Shown: piece by piece, positions 21,300 through 31,261 of the stretch
Layout of the letters: each line of letters begins with the position of its first letter
Numbering within the stretch: the first letter of the stretch is position 1
Assembly (NCBI GenBank): GCA_038889075.1
Contig: JAWAHS010000002.1
Location: forward strand, 204,930-268,929
Reading direction: 5' to 3'
Origin: Ignisphaera sp.
GTDB lineage: Archaea; Thermoproteota; Thermoprotei_A; Sulfolobales; Ignisphaeraceae
Length of the DNA stretch: 64,000 bases
The notes under the pieces: generated by a model
The model's input: only the letters and a program-made list of their open reading frames with translations
Told to the model about the DNA's origin: nothing
The model's database searches: none
Program-made: the position numbers and the translations under genes

Positions 21300-21971
21300 A
21301 TGTACAGATACCTTCATCTGGAGAAACAAGTATTAAACAAGATGAAAGGCGAAATGAATTTGTATTGGATGCCGTGTCTCCTAGTGAAATTTCCCGAGTG
21401 TAAACCTAAAGATACATTTATATCTGATTGTTTTCTTAGAACATATATCGATAATCCATATCTAGGACTACTGCTCTTAAAGAAGGCACCTAAAAATATA
21501 AAGGTAGTCGACGAGCCTCCCATAGAGGCTCAAAGAATTAGTGTCGAGAAATGTAGTGGCGTTAATTTAGTTAATGAACTGAATGAAGTAAGCAACGAAA
21601 TCTACCGAGGGGAGTATACGAGACTCTATGAACTTGTAGATAAGCTTACCGAATATGATGATATCGAAGTTAAGATGAGAGTATTTTTAAGAACAAGAAA
21701 ATATGTAATACCTGCTGAGAGGGTTAGAGAAGTTGGAAAGAAAATAGCTGTAGAATCCATAAAATCAGCATTGAAAACCCTATGTATAAAAAATATTGAG
21801 GAAAGCTATAGAACACCAACAGCGGTCACCGAACCCATATACATATTATTCTATATAGATTCAAGATATACCTTAGCAGGTTTCATAGTGGGCAAAAAGA
21901 TTATTGAAAGCAATTCCCATGCAAAAATAATATCAAAATTTAAGGAGAATATGAAGGAAGTTTTTAGATGA
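21300..21971 (+). CDS. Hypothetical protein
   Basis: 223-aa ORF co-oriented with rpiB, coding-like composition. Confidence 0.6.
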   Translation: MYRYLHLEKQVLNKMKGEMNLYWMPCLLVKFPECKPKDTFISDCFLRTYIDNPYLGLLLLKKAPKNIKVVDEPPIEAQRISVEKCSGVNLVNELNEVSNEIYRGEYTRLYELVDKLTEYDDIEVKMRVFLRTRKYVIPAERVREVGKKIAVESIKSALKTLCIKNIEESYRTPTAVTEPIYILFYIDSRYTLAGFIVGKKIIESNSHAKIISKFKENMKEVFR

Positions 21972-22042
21972 AAATTAAACATAAAAAGTAATAATTTATA
22001 TAATTTATATATTATCCAAAAACTTCCTACACTTTGCTACTA

Positions 22043-22294
22043 TCAGATGACCCTTATAGTACCATCCTCCCTATACTCATAGCATAGAAAGCCATATAGC
22101 ACTGTAGCATGGCATTCTATACTATTCTTTCCTCTCCTTCTGTTATCAGCTACATAGCGCACTGTCTCATTTCTCCATACGCTATCTTTATCAGCACTTT
22201 GTTTGCTACCATTACCGAATCCGCTAATTAGGGCTTTTATTTCTCTACCTACTATCTTTATACCAGATATATTGAGTTTAAACATATTTCGCAC
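22043..22294 (-). CDS. Small hypothetical protein
   Basis: 83-aa ORF with a TATA-like TATATAAG about 30 nt upstream and two inverted repeats in its promoter. Confidence 0.55.
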   Translation of the reverse strand: MRNMFKLNISGIKIVGREIKALISGFGNGSKQSADKDSVWRNETVRYVADNRRRGKNSIECHATVLYGFLCYEYREDGTIRVI

Positions 22295-22299
22295 ACCGA

Positions 22300-22335
22300 G
22301 TATAGTATATATGATAACACCCTTATATACTATAC
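22300..22335. promoter_or_regulatory. 12-bp inverted repeat GTATAGTATATA-N12-TATATACTATAC overlapping a TATA box
   Basis: Arms 22300-22311 and 22324-22335 are exact reverse complements. Confidence 0.6.
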
Positions 22336-22340
22336 GTATA

Positions 22341-22367
22341 TATTAGGTATACTCAGTATACCTAATA
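22341..22367. promoter_or_regulatory. 27-bp palindrome TATTAGGTATACT-C-AGTATACCTAATA (candidate operator)
   Basis: Perfect 13-bp arms with a 1-nt spacer. Confidence 0.65.
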
Positions 22368-22570
22368 ATACTTGTCTATACATTCTACAAGCAAGTTTAA
22401 AGAAAGGATACATGTATCCATAGAAACAATTTCAGCCCTTTATCCACCTATAATGAGCATTGCTCCGGATCGCCAAGGCTATATGTAGGTAAAAATATGC
22501 TTTATTTAGCAGTAATTCATAAAATCATGGTAATTACATCTATGAATCGTTTTCTCAATTCAAGGGTGGT

Positions 22571-23215
22571 TGGTTTGCTTTAACCGAGAAACTACGTAGA
22601 TTATGTAAGGATGGGAGTGGAGTTGCTCCTAAGACTTCTATTACATGTTTTGAGGATTTCGCCACTTGGTATATACCAAAGTAGAGAGAATACGGTTGTT
22701 GTTATAAGTGATGGTACAGTGATTTTTGGGTATAGGTAATATAGAACCTTTTACAGGACTAGTTGCTATGGAGAGTAAGTGTCTTCTCTCTAAATATCCT
22801 GATGGGACTATCTATGTATCTATAGCTGTTCGCAAGAAGGATCCGGGAATATGGTCATGGAGGGCTAGAGCAAGAATTTGTAGCTATGGGTGGAGCAGTT
22901 TTCCAAACCAGATAATCAATGGTTTTAGATTTTCGGTAGTATTTAGAGGAACTTTTACTATTTTAGAGTTAGAGAGCTAACTGATGAAATGTCTATAGCA
23001 ACTATCCATGCCATAGCAAAATATGGAGAGGAAACCAGTATCTATGGAGATAGGATTATTGGGACTGTGCAGGGAATAGAATTGTATGTAAGGAAGTCTA
23101 TGACTGTTGCTGAAAAAGCTATGGAGCTCGAATATGAAATAAGGGAATTGATAGAAAGGTTCGGGAAGTACATGGAGGTACTAATAGGGAAGAACTTATA
23201 TAGAACCTATACCAT
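22571..23215 (+). pseudogene. Degraded NAD(P)-dependent malic enzyme
   Basis: Fragments in shifting frames match malic enzyme motifs in order: VAPKTSITCFEDFATWYIP, NTVVVISDGT, GIGNIEPFTGLVAMESKCLL, FPNQI.....VFRGT, TDEMSIATIHAIAKY, ELEYEIRELIER. Stops, frameshifts and large deletions present. Confidence 0.8.
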
Positions 23216-23247
23216 GAGTATAGAGAGCTTAAGGTGTAGAGAAGGCT

Positions 23248-24129
23248 ATGGGTATCAAAATGCTAGAGGAGGCTATAGAGAGAGCTGCTGTAGAGGCTAT
23301 AACAAGAGCTGTAATCTACATACCACCAGATGTTAAAGAAGCCCTTAGAAAAGTATATCGTGAAGAGGAAAGTGAAGCAAGTAGATCTCAACTAGAGGCA
23401 ATACTAAAAAACATTGAATTGGCTGAAAAGATGAAGAGACCAATATGTCAGGATACAGGGGTCATACTATACTATGTAAAGGTAGGCTACGAGTTCCCAT
23501 CATTCAAAACAGTTGAGAAAAGTCTAGTAAATGCCGTTAGGACAGCTACAAGGACCATCCCCCTAAGACCCAATACCGTCCACCCATTTACTGGGAAAAA
23601 CCCTGGCGATAACACTGGGAGATACATGCCATATCTCAACATAGAGTTCATCGATGGAAATGAACTAGAGATTACAGTAGTACCCAAAGGTGGAGGCTCT
23701 GAGTATGTCTCTGTTCTAGAAATGCCTCCCCCTGGAGAGGGTATTAAAGCAATAAAGAGAGCCGTAGTCGATGCCGTACTGAGGGCCGGTTCTATGCCTT
23801 GTCCACCTACAGTTGTTGGTGTAGGAATCGGTGGGGGTTCGGACATAGCTCTTCATCTTGCTAAGAAAGCTGCATGTCTTAGAAAGCTAGGTTCATCAAA
23901 TCCGGATCCAGAGTTAGATAAGTTGGAAAAGGAACTGTATACAGCATTGAATGAGCTTGGCATAGGTACAATGGGTATGGGAGGGAAGTCTACAGTGCTT
24001 GCTGTACACATGGACTATGCATACAGACATCCAGCTGTCCTACCCATAGGTATAGTCTTTCAGTGCTGGGCTGTAAGAAGAGCTACTGCTAGGGTTAAGC
24101 CGGATGGAAGCTACGAGGTTTTTCAGTAA
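23248..24129 (+). CDS. Class I (Fe-S) fumarate hydratase alpha subunit (TtdA-like family)
   Basis: PICQDTG, PLRPN, PKGGGSE, PCPP, GIGGG, HPA...CWA.R. Confidence 0.9.
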   Translation: MGIKMLEEAIERAAVEAITRAVIYIPPDVKEALRKVYREEESEASRSQLEAILKNIELAEKMKRPICQDTGVILYYVKVGYEFPSFKTVEKSLVNAVRTATRTIPLRPNTVHPFTGKNPGDNTGRYMPYLNIEFIDGNELEITVVPKGGGSEYVSVLEMPPPGEGIKAIKRAVVDAVLRAGSMPCPPTVVGVGIGGGSDIALHLAKKAACLRKLGSSNPDPELDKLEKELYTALNELGIGTMGMGGKSTVLAVHMDYAYRHPAVLPIGIVFQCWAVRRATARVKPDGSYEVFQ

Positions 24130-24139
24130 TTCGGGAGGG

Positions 24140-24420
24140 GTTCAGCTCTTGTATAGGTTTATATTGGTTGGTTTCATCGCCTCATACTTTTTCCTCTGCA
24201 TTCTGCTCGGGTTCTCATTGGGCTTGGGGGTATTCAGGGGCACCCCTAGACATCCACATCTTGGGTATCTCGGGGAGAGCTACTATCTAGAGCATCTCAG
24301 CGGCTCTCGAACCCCTCATCCAGCTACCTCCACACATATCGCTGTACAAGGTGTTTATAGGCGTTTCTATCAATATCAATCAATGAACAGATATGAAAAA
24401 CGAAACAATTGCACAAGGCG
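24140..24420 (-). mobile_element. Non-autonomous TnpB-derived miniature element (IS200/IS605- or IS607-type MITE)
   Basis: The minus strand encodes RYPRCGCLGVPLNTPKPNENPSRMQRKKYEAMKPTNINLYKS* (24270-24142), resembling crenarchaeal TnpB C-terminal tails. It is preceded by GGAGGT plus ATG (24319) and a TATA-like CTATAAAC. GC-rich relative to its surroundings. Removing it restores GGGAGGG-gttaat-ATG for the beta gene. Confidence 0.75.
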
Positions 24421-24426
24421 GTTAAT

Positions 24427-25029
24427 ATGGCAATCTACTACTTGAGAACACCTCTCCAGGAAGAGGATGTCAGAAAGTTAAAAGTTGGTGATGCGATATA
24501 CCTTACTGGTATCGTCGTCACGGCCAGGGATGCCGCACATAGAAGAATGATTGAGTATTTAAGGGAGGGCAAACCCCTTCCCATAGATTTAAAGGGAGGT
24601 GCGATATATCATTGCGGTCCAGTAGTTGAAAAGATCAATGATGAATGGAGGGTGGTTTCTGGAGGACCTACAACTAGTACTAGAATGGAGCTATACGAAG
24701 CTGATATAATAAAACACTTTGGTGTAAGACTTATTATAGGTAAGGGTGGCATGGGCTCAAAAACAGCTCAAGCATGTAAGGAATTTGGAGCTGTCTATAC
24801 AACTTTTACAGGAGGTGCAGGGGTTCTTGTGGCAAATGCAATTAAACGTGTTATAAGGGTTGAATGGTTAGATCTCGGGATCCCAGAGGCTTTATGGGTT
24901 CTTGATGTAGAGAATTTCGGACCTCTACTTGTAACGATTGACACTACGGGAAGAAATCTGACCGAAGAAGTTATAGAGGGAGCAAAGCGTAAACGTGAAG
25001 AGATACTTAAAAAGCTTGGGGTAATTTGA
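24427..25029 (+). CDS. Class I fumarate hydratase beta subunit (TtdB-like family)
   Basis: TARDAAH, YHCGP, GPTTSTRM, IGKGGM, WLDLGIPEA, FGPLLVTID. ATG 24427 preferred over TTG 24409, which lies inside the inserted element. Confidence 0.9.
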   Translation: MAIYYLRTPLQEEDVRKLKVGDAIYLTGIVVTARDAAHRRMIEYLREGKPLPIDLKGGAIYHCGPVVEKINDEWRVVSGGPTTSTRMELYEADIIKHFGVRLIIGKGGMGSKTAQACKEFGAVYTTFTGGAGVLVANAIKRVIRVEWLDLGIPEALWVLDVENFGPLLVTIDTTGRNLTEEVIEGAKRKREEILKKLGVI

Positions 25030-25527
25030 ATAAACAATATTAGTATTTAAAATGCATATTTGGGCCATTAAACATGCTGCACTCCCCAGCAAAGTGTTTA
25101 AAGTAGTGTACAGTACTGATTATTAATCTATAATACTATCTATTGCATTAAAAGCTTGAGAGGAAATATTACGATATTCCTTCATATATTCAATCAATTA
25201 CTTAATATGGAAAAATCTAGTGGAATTTTAAGAGCTTCTGAACATCGTTAACCATTCAAATTGTATAGATTATTGCTAATAGTGCCTACATCTACATAAG
25301 CCTCTAACAACTAAGGATTTTACAATAAGAGTCTGTAGAGAGTCTTCAGTAACATTCGATACGAGCTCGATATATGTGGCTGTAAAAGATAGGATGAAAT
25401 AAATTTAATTTGAACTCAAAAGGTAGTCAATTTAGCCATATTCATGCTATTCCCATTTATTAAAATTCGTTAAATATTATTTAGGTGTAGGTTATGGTAT
25501 TTAGATATTGTCTACTCTTTCATATGG

Positions 25528-26865
25528 TTAGATTACATGTTTAGAGACTTTGACATTTCTTACCAATACATACGGTATTTTCGATGGTGTTGAAATTTCC
25601 CACCACTGTACATTGTATGCATCTCTACCAACATGTTCTATGTTGTTCAGTATGTTGGGAAAGCTATCAGCCACCCTAATCTTATTCACAGGTTTCACGA
25701 TCCTGCCGTTCTCTATGTAGAATACGGCATCTCTAGCTATTGTTGAAAATAATCCTTCAACATAGCTCTGCAACCTTGTATACCAGTTGTTAGTTATGAG
25801 TAGACCTCTTTTTACATCCGATACAATTTCATCTAGCTTGGCATCACCAGATCTAACAACTATATTCCATGGACTAGGTCTTATCCAACCTGCATTAGCC
25901 GTGGATTTTGTGTTCATAATTTTTGCTGTTTTGGTATTGTGAAGGATTGTTCTAAGTATTCCATCTTCAATAATAGGTTTGTCGAAGGTTTCTAAGCTCT
26001 CATAGTCGAAACTTGAGGCATTTGGAAGTTCATGGTTTCTAGGTTCGTCGTAGACTGTAAGTTTTTCTGATGCGACTCTATCACCTATTCTATTCTTCAT
26101 AAATATTGATAGGCCCATGATCACAGAGAATGCTGAAGCCATATCAATTATATAATCGAGTAGGTTCCCAAAGACCATGGGGCTAAATACAATGTCGTAG
26201 GTCCCTGGTTCAATATCTTCCCGCTTTCTGGAATCGACGGCATATCTGGCTGCTATAGAGGCCATTTCCTCTAATCCATCTATATCATATTTTGTTGATG
26301 TGAAGCACCACTGTCCGCTTCCATCGGGTTCTGCAAATGCTCTAATATATCCCTGCAGAGCTGTTTTATCCTCTGAAAGTTGTACGCCCTTTGAAGATAC
26401 TAGTGCTATCCTCATATAGCTTAGCTGTAGCATGCCTGCAACGCTATCTATTCTCTCCCTATGTGCTACTTCTATAATGTGTTCGGATATCTTTTCAACT
26501 TCACCCATAGCCTTTAAAATCCTATTATCAGCGAGACCACCAATATATCTTATAGGTGTAGGCTCTGGTAGAGGTGCGTAGAGCTGTGATTCAGCTACCT
26601 TTAGAGTCATCGTAGATATTCTATCCATACCATTTAGAAGCTCTTCTACGGATTTTGGTTCATAGCTACCCACAAATATCCTTTTATCCTTAGTCAAGTA
26701 TAGTTCAACAATTATTGGTGTCCACTGCTGCAAAACAGTAGGTTCACTATTAGCTATCTTCACCATAACCCTCCTAGATGCTGTAACCACTGCTACCGCT
26801 TCATCAAACCCTCTTCTAATAGCTTCATCAACAATCCTCTGTGCAATCTCAATCTCGCTATCCAT
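25528..26865 (-). CDS. pmbA: PmbA/TldE-family protein
   Basis: FDYES, STANAGW, WYTRLQ, IENG..KPV; non-catalytic partner directly downstream of tldD. Confidence 0.88.
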   Translation of the reverse strand: MDSEIEIAQRIVDEAIRRGFDEAVAVVTASRRVMVKIANSEPTVLQQWTPIIVELYLTKDKRIFVGSYEPKSVEELLNGMDRISTMTLKVAESQLYAPLPEPTPIRYIGGLADNRILKAMGEVEKISEHIIEVAHRERIDSVAGMLQLSYMRIALVSSKGVQLSEDKTALQGYIRAFAEPDGSGQWCFTSTKYDIDGLEEMASIAARYAVDSRKREDIEPGTYDIVFSPMVFGNLLDYIIDMASAFSVIMGLSIFMKNRIGDRVASEKLTVYDEPRNHELPNASSFDYESLETFDKPIIEDGILRTILHNTKTAKIMNTKSTANAGWIRPSPWNIVVRSGDAKLDEIVSDVKRGLLITNNWYTRLQSYVEGLFSTIARDAVFYIENGRIVKPVNKIRVADSFPNILNNIEHVGRDAYNVQWWEISTPSKIPYVLVRNVKVSKHVI

Positions 26866-26866
26866 T

Positions 26867-28309
26867 TTATATCACCCCAAGTTTTATTTTAGATAATCTG
26901 ACGTCAGGTCCACCAAACCACACTGGCACTCCTTGCATGGGTTCACCCTTACCACAGGTTCCAGCATAAAATCTAAGATCCTTTCCCACAGCATCTATTA
27001 AGCTATAGAAGGCTCTAGTTGTTAGCTCAAGTACAGGGTTTCTAATGAATTTAGTGGTTTCACCATTTTCTATGAGATAGGCTTCTAAACCAACGTATCT
27101 CTGGCTCCACCTCTCATCATCTATATTCCACTCCATGTAACTCTTTATATATACACCTAGCCTTACATCCTCTAGTAATTCATCAAAGCCGTGGTCACCA
27201 GGCTTAAGGTAGGTATTGGCCATTCTGATTATGGGTTCGCTTCCATAGTGCATAGCTCTTGCGGCAGCATTGCTATCAACATTAAATACCTTTGCTGTCC
27301 ATCTATTGTGTAGAAATTCGTTTATCACACCCTCCTTATAGAGATATCTAGGTCTCGCTGCAACGCCTTCATCATCATATAGGTAGAATCCGTAGCTATT
27401 GGGTATGGTCGGATCATCTATGACTGTTGCATATCGATTACCAATTCTTTCACCAATCATATTAGGCTTAATGAAGCTTTTACCAGCCTGTGCAGCTTCC
27501 CTTCCGAGTATTCTATCAGCTTCGCTAGGATGTCCGCAACTCTCATGAACTATGAGAGCAACTATTTCACTTCCTACAATCACAGGTACCTCTTCCTTAG
27601 GAGGTTCAACGGCTGTAAGAAGTATTTTTTCAAGAGTTTTTGCCTCACTTACAATGGTATTCTCTAAGTCCCACTGTGCAATCTGTTCGAGACCTCCACT
27701 ACCACCAAATTGTTCAACTCTCTGGACTGTACCCTTCTGGGGATGTGATACAACAACATTGTAAAACATCGATAATCTAGGTATTCTGCTTTTAATATAG
27801 GCTCCATCAGTATTGATCACTATCTTATCTTCTATAAATTCGGTGTAGTTTAGCATAAATACCTCTACCTTTGCTTCGGTAGCGCTCTTTGATACGCTAT
27901 TCCAGAGCTCTTTATGCAATGAAACCTTCTGATCAACATCGATAGAATCGAAACTCTTCTGCTCAATAACATTATAGCTAGCTCTACCAACTCTTGCAGG
28001 TACAAACTCTATAGGTCTTTTCATAAGCCTTGAATGGGTTTTCGCTAATCTATACGCATCCTCGACAGCCCTTCTAATAGATTCCCTATCAAGGTTATTA
28101 GTAGACGAAAAACCCAGCGCCCCATCAACTAGCACCCGTATACCAACACCGTCACTGACTTCAAAACCCGTTGCTATAACCGAACCATTTCTTGAGACGA
28201 TACCAAAGCCTTCTATTCTATGATATCTAACCTCAGCATAGTCTGCAGCAAGACTCTCTGCAACCTTTAAAGCATACAAAGCTATATCTTCATCCAAAAT
28301 CCACACCAA
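26867..28309 (-). CDS. tldD: TldD-family metalloprotease
   Basis: HESCGH zinc motif, YDDEGV, RMANTY, CGKGEP. Confidence 0.92.
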   Translation of the reverse strand: MVWILDEDIALYALKVAESLAADYAEVRYHRIEGFGIVSRNGSVIATGFEVSDGVGIRVLVDGALGFSSTNNLDRESIRRAVEDAYRLAKTHSRLMKRPIEFVPARVGRASYNVIEQKSFDSIDVDQKVSLHKELWNSVSKSATEAKVEVFMLNYTEFIEDKIVINTDGAYIKSRIPRLSMFYNVVVSHPQKGTVQRVEQFGGSGGLEQIAQWDLENTIVSEAKTLEKILLTAVEPPKEEVPVIVGSEIVALIVHESCGHPSEADRILGREAAQAGKSFIKPNMIGERIGNRYATVIDDPTIPNSYGFYLYDDEGVAARPRYLYKEGVINEFLHNRWTAKVFNVDSNAAARAMHYGSEPIIRMANTYLKPGDHGFDELLEDVRLGVYIKSYMEWNIDDERWSQRYVGLEAYLIENGETTKFIRNPVLELTTRAFYSLIDAVGKDLRFYAGTCGKGEPMQGVPVWFGGPDVRLSKIKLGVI

Positions 28310-28407
28310 GTAATTTTTGCATGGAAACCACTTAAAAGTTGTTGATATGTAGTGATAGAATTCTAAACTTACTACACATTTCTATACATAAACATATGTA
28401 GAGCTTA

Positions 28408-29526
28408 TCACACATATACATTGGGACCAAATATTTCATAGATTACGAGATCCTCTCTACCATCATTTACTATTACATGATCTCTGGCAGCTTCGTATGA
28501 AACAAATATCTCATCCCTATACGGATCTCCTCCAACAATCTCTACACCATTTATTTTCCCCTTACCTTTCCAAACAAATAGTAGAAAAGCACCCTTTCTA
28601 TCCATATGTAGCCTGGTATTTGGTGCTATTCTTAGTTCAATTCCACTAAATTTCTTTGTCATACGAGGACTGAAAATCCATTTTTCAGAAAACTCTTTAT
28701 TACCATCTATAACCTCCGGAACAATATGGTACTTTCTATAGAACCTAGGATCCCTACATGTATTCCAATCTATAAGTTTCAGAACCTCCTCTTCATTTCT
28801 AGGTCCATTTAGAAGGTATTGATCCTTAGATATAATTCTATCGTACACCTTTGCCTGAAGGATTGTACCTACATCGGATTCCTCTTGAACCTCTAGTGTA
28901 AGTAGAGTGCACGGTGCATGAACGACACCTGCTAGAACGTGAAATCCTTCACCAACATTACATCTGTATGCTGGTGATAAATCGAGTATTTTATCGCTGT
29001 TCCACTTCTTTAGAAGCTCCAAAACCTCATCCTCAGTAACATCTATATGAAATCCTAAATGGATATAGGGGGTAGACCCTTTATTAGTGTGATCTAGGTA
29101 ATGGTAGGCCTCTTCTTTTGGATTGGAGTTCCAATATCTTCTCGCATATTCCTCACTAGCATGGAGGTGTAATGGAATCTGTATACCTGGATCTAGAATC
29201 TTTGTTAGAGCACCAAATCTATTGCCAGATATCTTAGCATAGCTCTTTCCTAAAAGCCTTTCAGGAACCGCCTTTAAAGCATCTCTAAAAAAGATCTTCG
29301 CATCTTTTATATTCACCTCTGAAAGTCCCTCATATTCTGTACCAAGGACACTTACAGCTGAAGCAAGCCACCTTTCACTAATCCAACCCTTATCCTCAAT
29401 ATAAGTCTTTTCTAAACCCAGTCTTCCACCAGCTGGATAAAGGGGTCTTGCTATATAGTTAGGTTTAAGTCTCAGAATACCGTTGCTATTATCGAGCTCC
29501 CTATTCAAAATCTTTTCCGAATCCAT
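28408..29526 (-). CDS. Cupin protein, class I mannose-6-phosphate-isomerase-like
   Basis: ERW, TKILD, HLH...KEEAY...HAP metal ligands, EVQEESD; second cupin at the C-terminus. Confidence 0.7.
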   Translation of the reverse strand: MDSEKILNRELDNSNGILRLKPNYIARPLYPAGGRLGLEKTYIEDKGWISERWLASAVSVLGTEYEGLSEVNIKDAKIFFRDALKAVPERLLGKSYAKISGNRFGALTKILDPGIQIPLHLHASEEYARRYWNSNPKEEAYHYLDHTNKGSTPYIHLGFHIDVTEDEVLELLKKWNSDKILDLSPAYRCNVGEGFHVLAGVVHAPCTLLTLEVQEESDVGTILQAKVYDRIISKDQYLLNGPRNEEEVLKLIDWNTCRDPRFYRKYHIVPEVIDGNKEFSEKWIFSPRMTKKFSGIELRIAPNTRLHMDRKGAFLLFVWKGKGKINGVEIVGGDPYRDEIFVSYEAARDHVIVNDGREDLVIYEIFGPNVYV

Positions 29527-29682
29527 TAAATTGCCACCAAGGAAGAGTGAATCGAGTGCTTAAATAAATATAGATGCTCTGGGAACCTTGGCCAGCAACG
29601 TTAATATGTATGTAATGTTATCAAATTCTCTTCATCCTATCTCGTTTATAATGTTAATCTACTGGTATACTATGACTGGTAA

Positions 29683-30558
29683 ATGTTTATTACCGTAGAC
29701 ATAGGCACTGTATATCGATGGTTGATAAACATGTTTGAAAATCTTAAGACAAGTATCATAGTATGTATCAATAAAGTTTTGGACTACCTTAGATCAGGTA
29801 GGGCTTCTGATATTATAGTAGGATCCAATGTTTCTGGAGATGTATCGAAGGAGTTTGATATCGTTGCTGAGGATATTTTGACCCACTGCATCACTAGTGT
29901 GCTTGATGATGTTGTTGTAGTTGGTGAGGAAAGGGGTATTAGAAGATATGGTAGTGGTAAATGGATTGCAGTTATAGATCCTGTTGATGGTAGTAGCAAT
30001 TTCGATGCTGGAATTCCATGGTCATCGGTATCGGTAGCTGTAGCTAGAAGGACATCTAACAATCGTACGACATTGGAGAACGTTGTACTAGCTATTGTTG
30101 CAGAGATTTTCAGAGATAGAATGTATATATATAGGGATGGAAGCATAGAATTTACCGGCAACGGCATCTCTAGAAAGAGTTTTCCAAAATCCATACTACT
30201 TGGATACTTTGAAACACCAGAAGCATACAGACCAGTAGAGAGGTACATTTCACAGCGAGGAAGAGTTGCTCTAAGATCATTAGGTAGCGCAGCCCTGGAT
30301 ATAGTATACGTTGCTCTAGGAAATGCTGAGGGATTCATTGATGTAAGGTCAAAGCTGAGGAATGTTGATATTGCTGCAGCACTAAAAATAGCTCTAACAA
30401 TGGGTGCTAAAGCCTATGTATGCAATTTTACAGACGCTATGAGTATACCATTAGATGACTTAGTCAAGATAGCATGTATAGCTGTTGGATATGATGAAGT
30501 GCACCTACTTAAACTAGTTGACGCTATAGAAGGTACTATACAGCACGGACGCACTTAA
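29683..30558 (+). CDS. suhB: Inositol monophosphatase / FBPase (archaeal bifunctional type)
   Basis: GEE, DPVDGSSNF, RSLGSAALD, RNVDIAAA. The true start may be ATG 29731. Confidence 0.85.
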   Translation: MFITVDIGTVYRWLINMFENLKTSIIVCINKVLDYLRSGRASDIIVGSNVSGDVSKEFDIVAEDILTHCITSVLDDVVVVGEERGIRRYGSGKWIAVIDPVDGSSNFDAGIPWSSVSVAVARRTSNNRTTLENVVLAIVAEIFRDRMYIYRDGSIEFTGNGISRKSFPKSILLGYFETPEAYRPVERYISQRGRVALRSLGSAALDIVYVALGNAEGFIDVRSKLRNVDIAAALKIALTMGAKAYVCNFTDAMSIPLDDLVKIACIAVGYDEVHLLKLVDAIEGTIQHGRT

Positions 30559-30675
30559 TGGAATTCCTAGGAGGAAGGGAGAATAGGTACGGTCTATTTA
30601 AATTTAACGATCTGACGTAGCTAACGACTTAACATAAGATGCAATAACTATAAACTGGTACTTTACACTATTCTT

Positions 30676-31152
30676 CTACATATTGTTTTGACCCAAGTAT
30701 CTTGCTAGATTTACTATACTGCTAGCTAAGCCCTTTAAGAGATCCGTCTCCCCCCTGTATTGATTAATATATGCTGCGGCATCTCTAGGAATATCATCGC
30801 TATATCTACTTAGAAGTTCGATAAATTCCTCAGTAGCTACATAGATTATGGGTTCTACTGGCACCCTCCAGACCCCACTTTTTTGAGCATTTATCAGAGC
30901 TTCGATGATTTCTTTATCTGATGCATTCTCACTCAGATTATTCAGTGCAGCATAATGTGAATCTATGTAGTGTACAGCTATATATGCAATTACCCTACCA
31001 CTCTTTTTACAAATCAGTAATGTGTATTCAGAGGAATCAGGGAGTACTATATGACCATACTCATCAACATCTATATTAAAATTGTTTAAGTAGTCGATAA
31101 ATTTGTTCAAGTCATTTACTTTGATAAATGATAGTACGATCATGCTGTCCAC
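30676..31152 (-). CDS. Hypothetical protein
   Basis: 158-aa ORF filling the gap between neighbours. Confidence 0.6.
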   Translation of the reverse strand: MDSMIVLSFIKVNDLNKFIDYLNNFNIDVDEYGHIVLPDSSEYTLLICKKSGRVIAYIAVHYIDSHYAALNNLSENASDKEIIEALINAQKSGVWRVPVEPIIYVATEEFIELLSRYSDDIPRDAAAYINQYRGETDLLKGLASSIVNLARYLGQNNM

Positions 31153-31261
31153 ATCAAATTATACTCTATTTTCGAGGTAAATAAATGTGGCGTAGCCACT
31201 TCCTATATAGCCAGTAATATTTATAAGAGATGCTAACTATGGGGATACTGTATGTCATAGG

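Noticed and set aside
22726-23336. ORF-track calls of 84 aa and 115 aa as independent genes
   Set aside because: They are fragments of the malic enzyme pseudogene.
24104-24445. 113-aa ORF between the fumarase subunits
   Set aside because: Antisense read-through of the inserted element.
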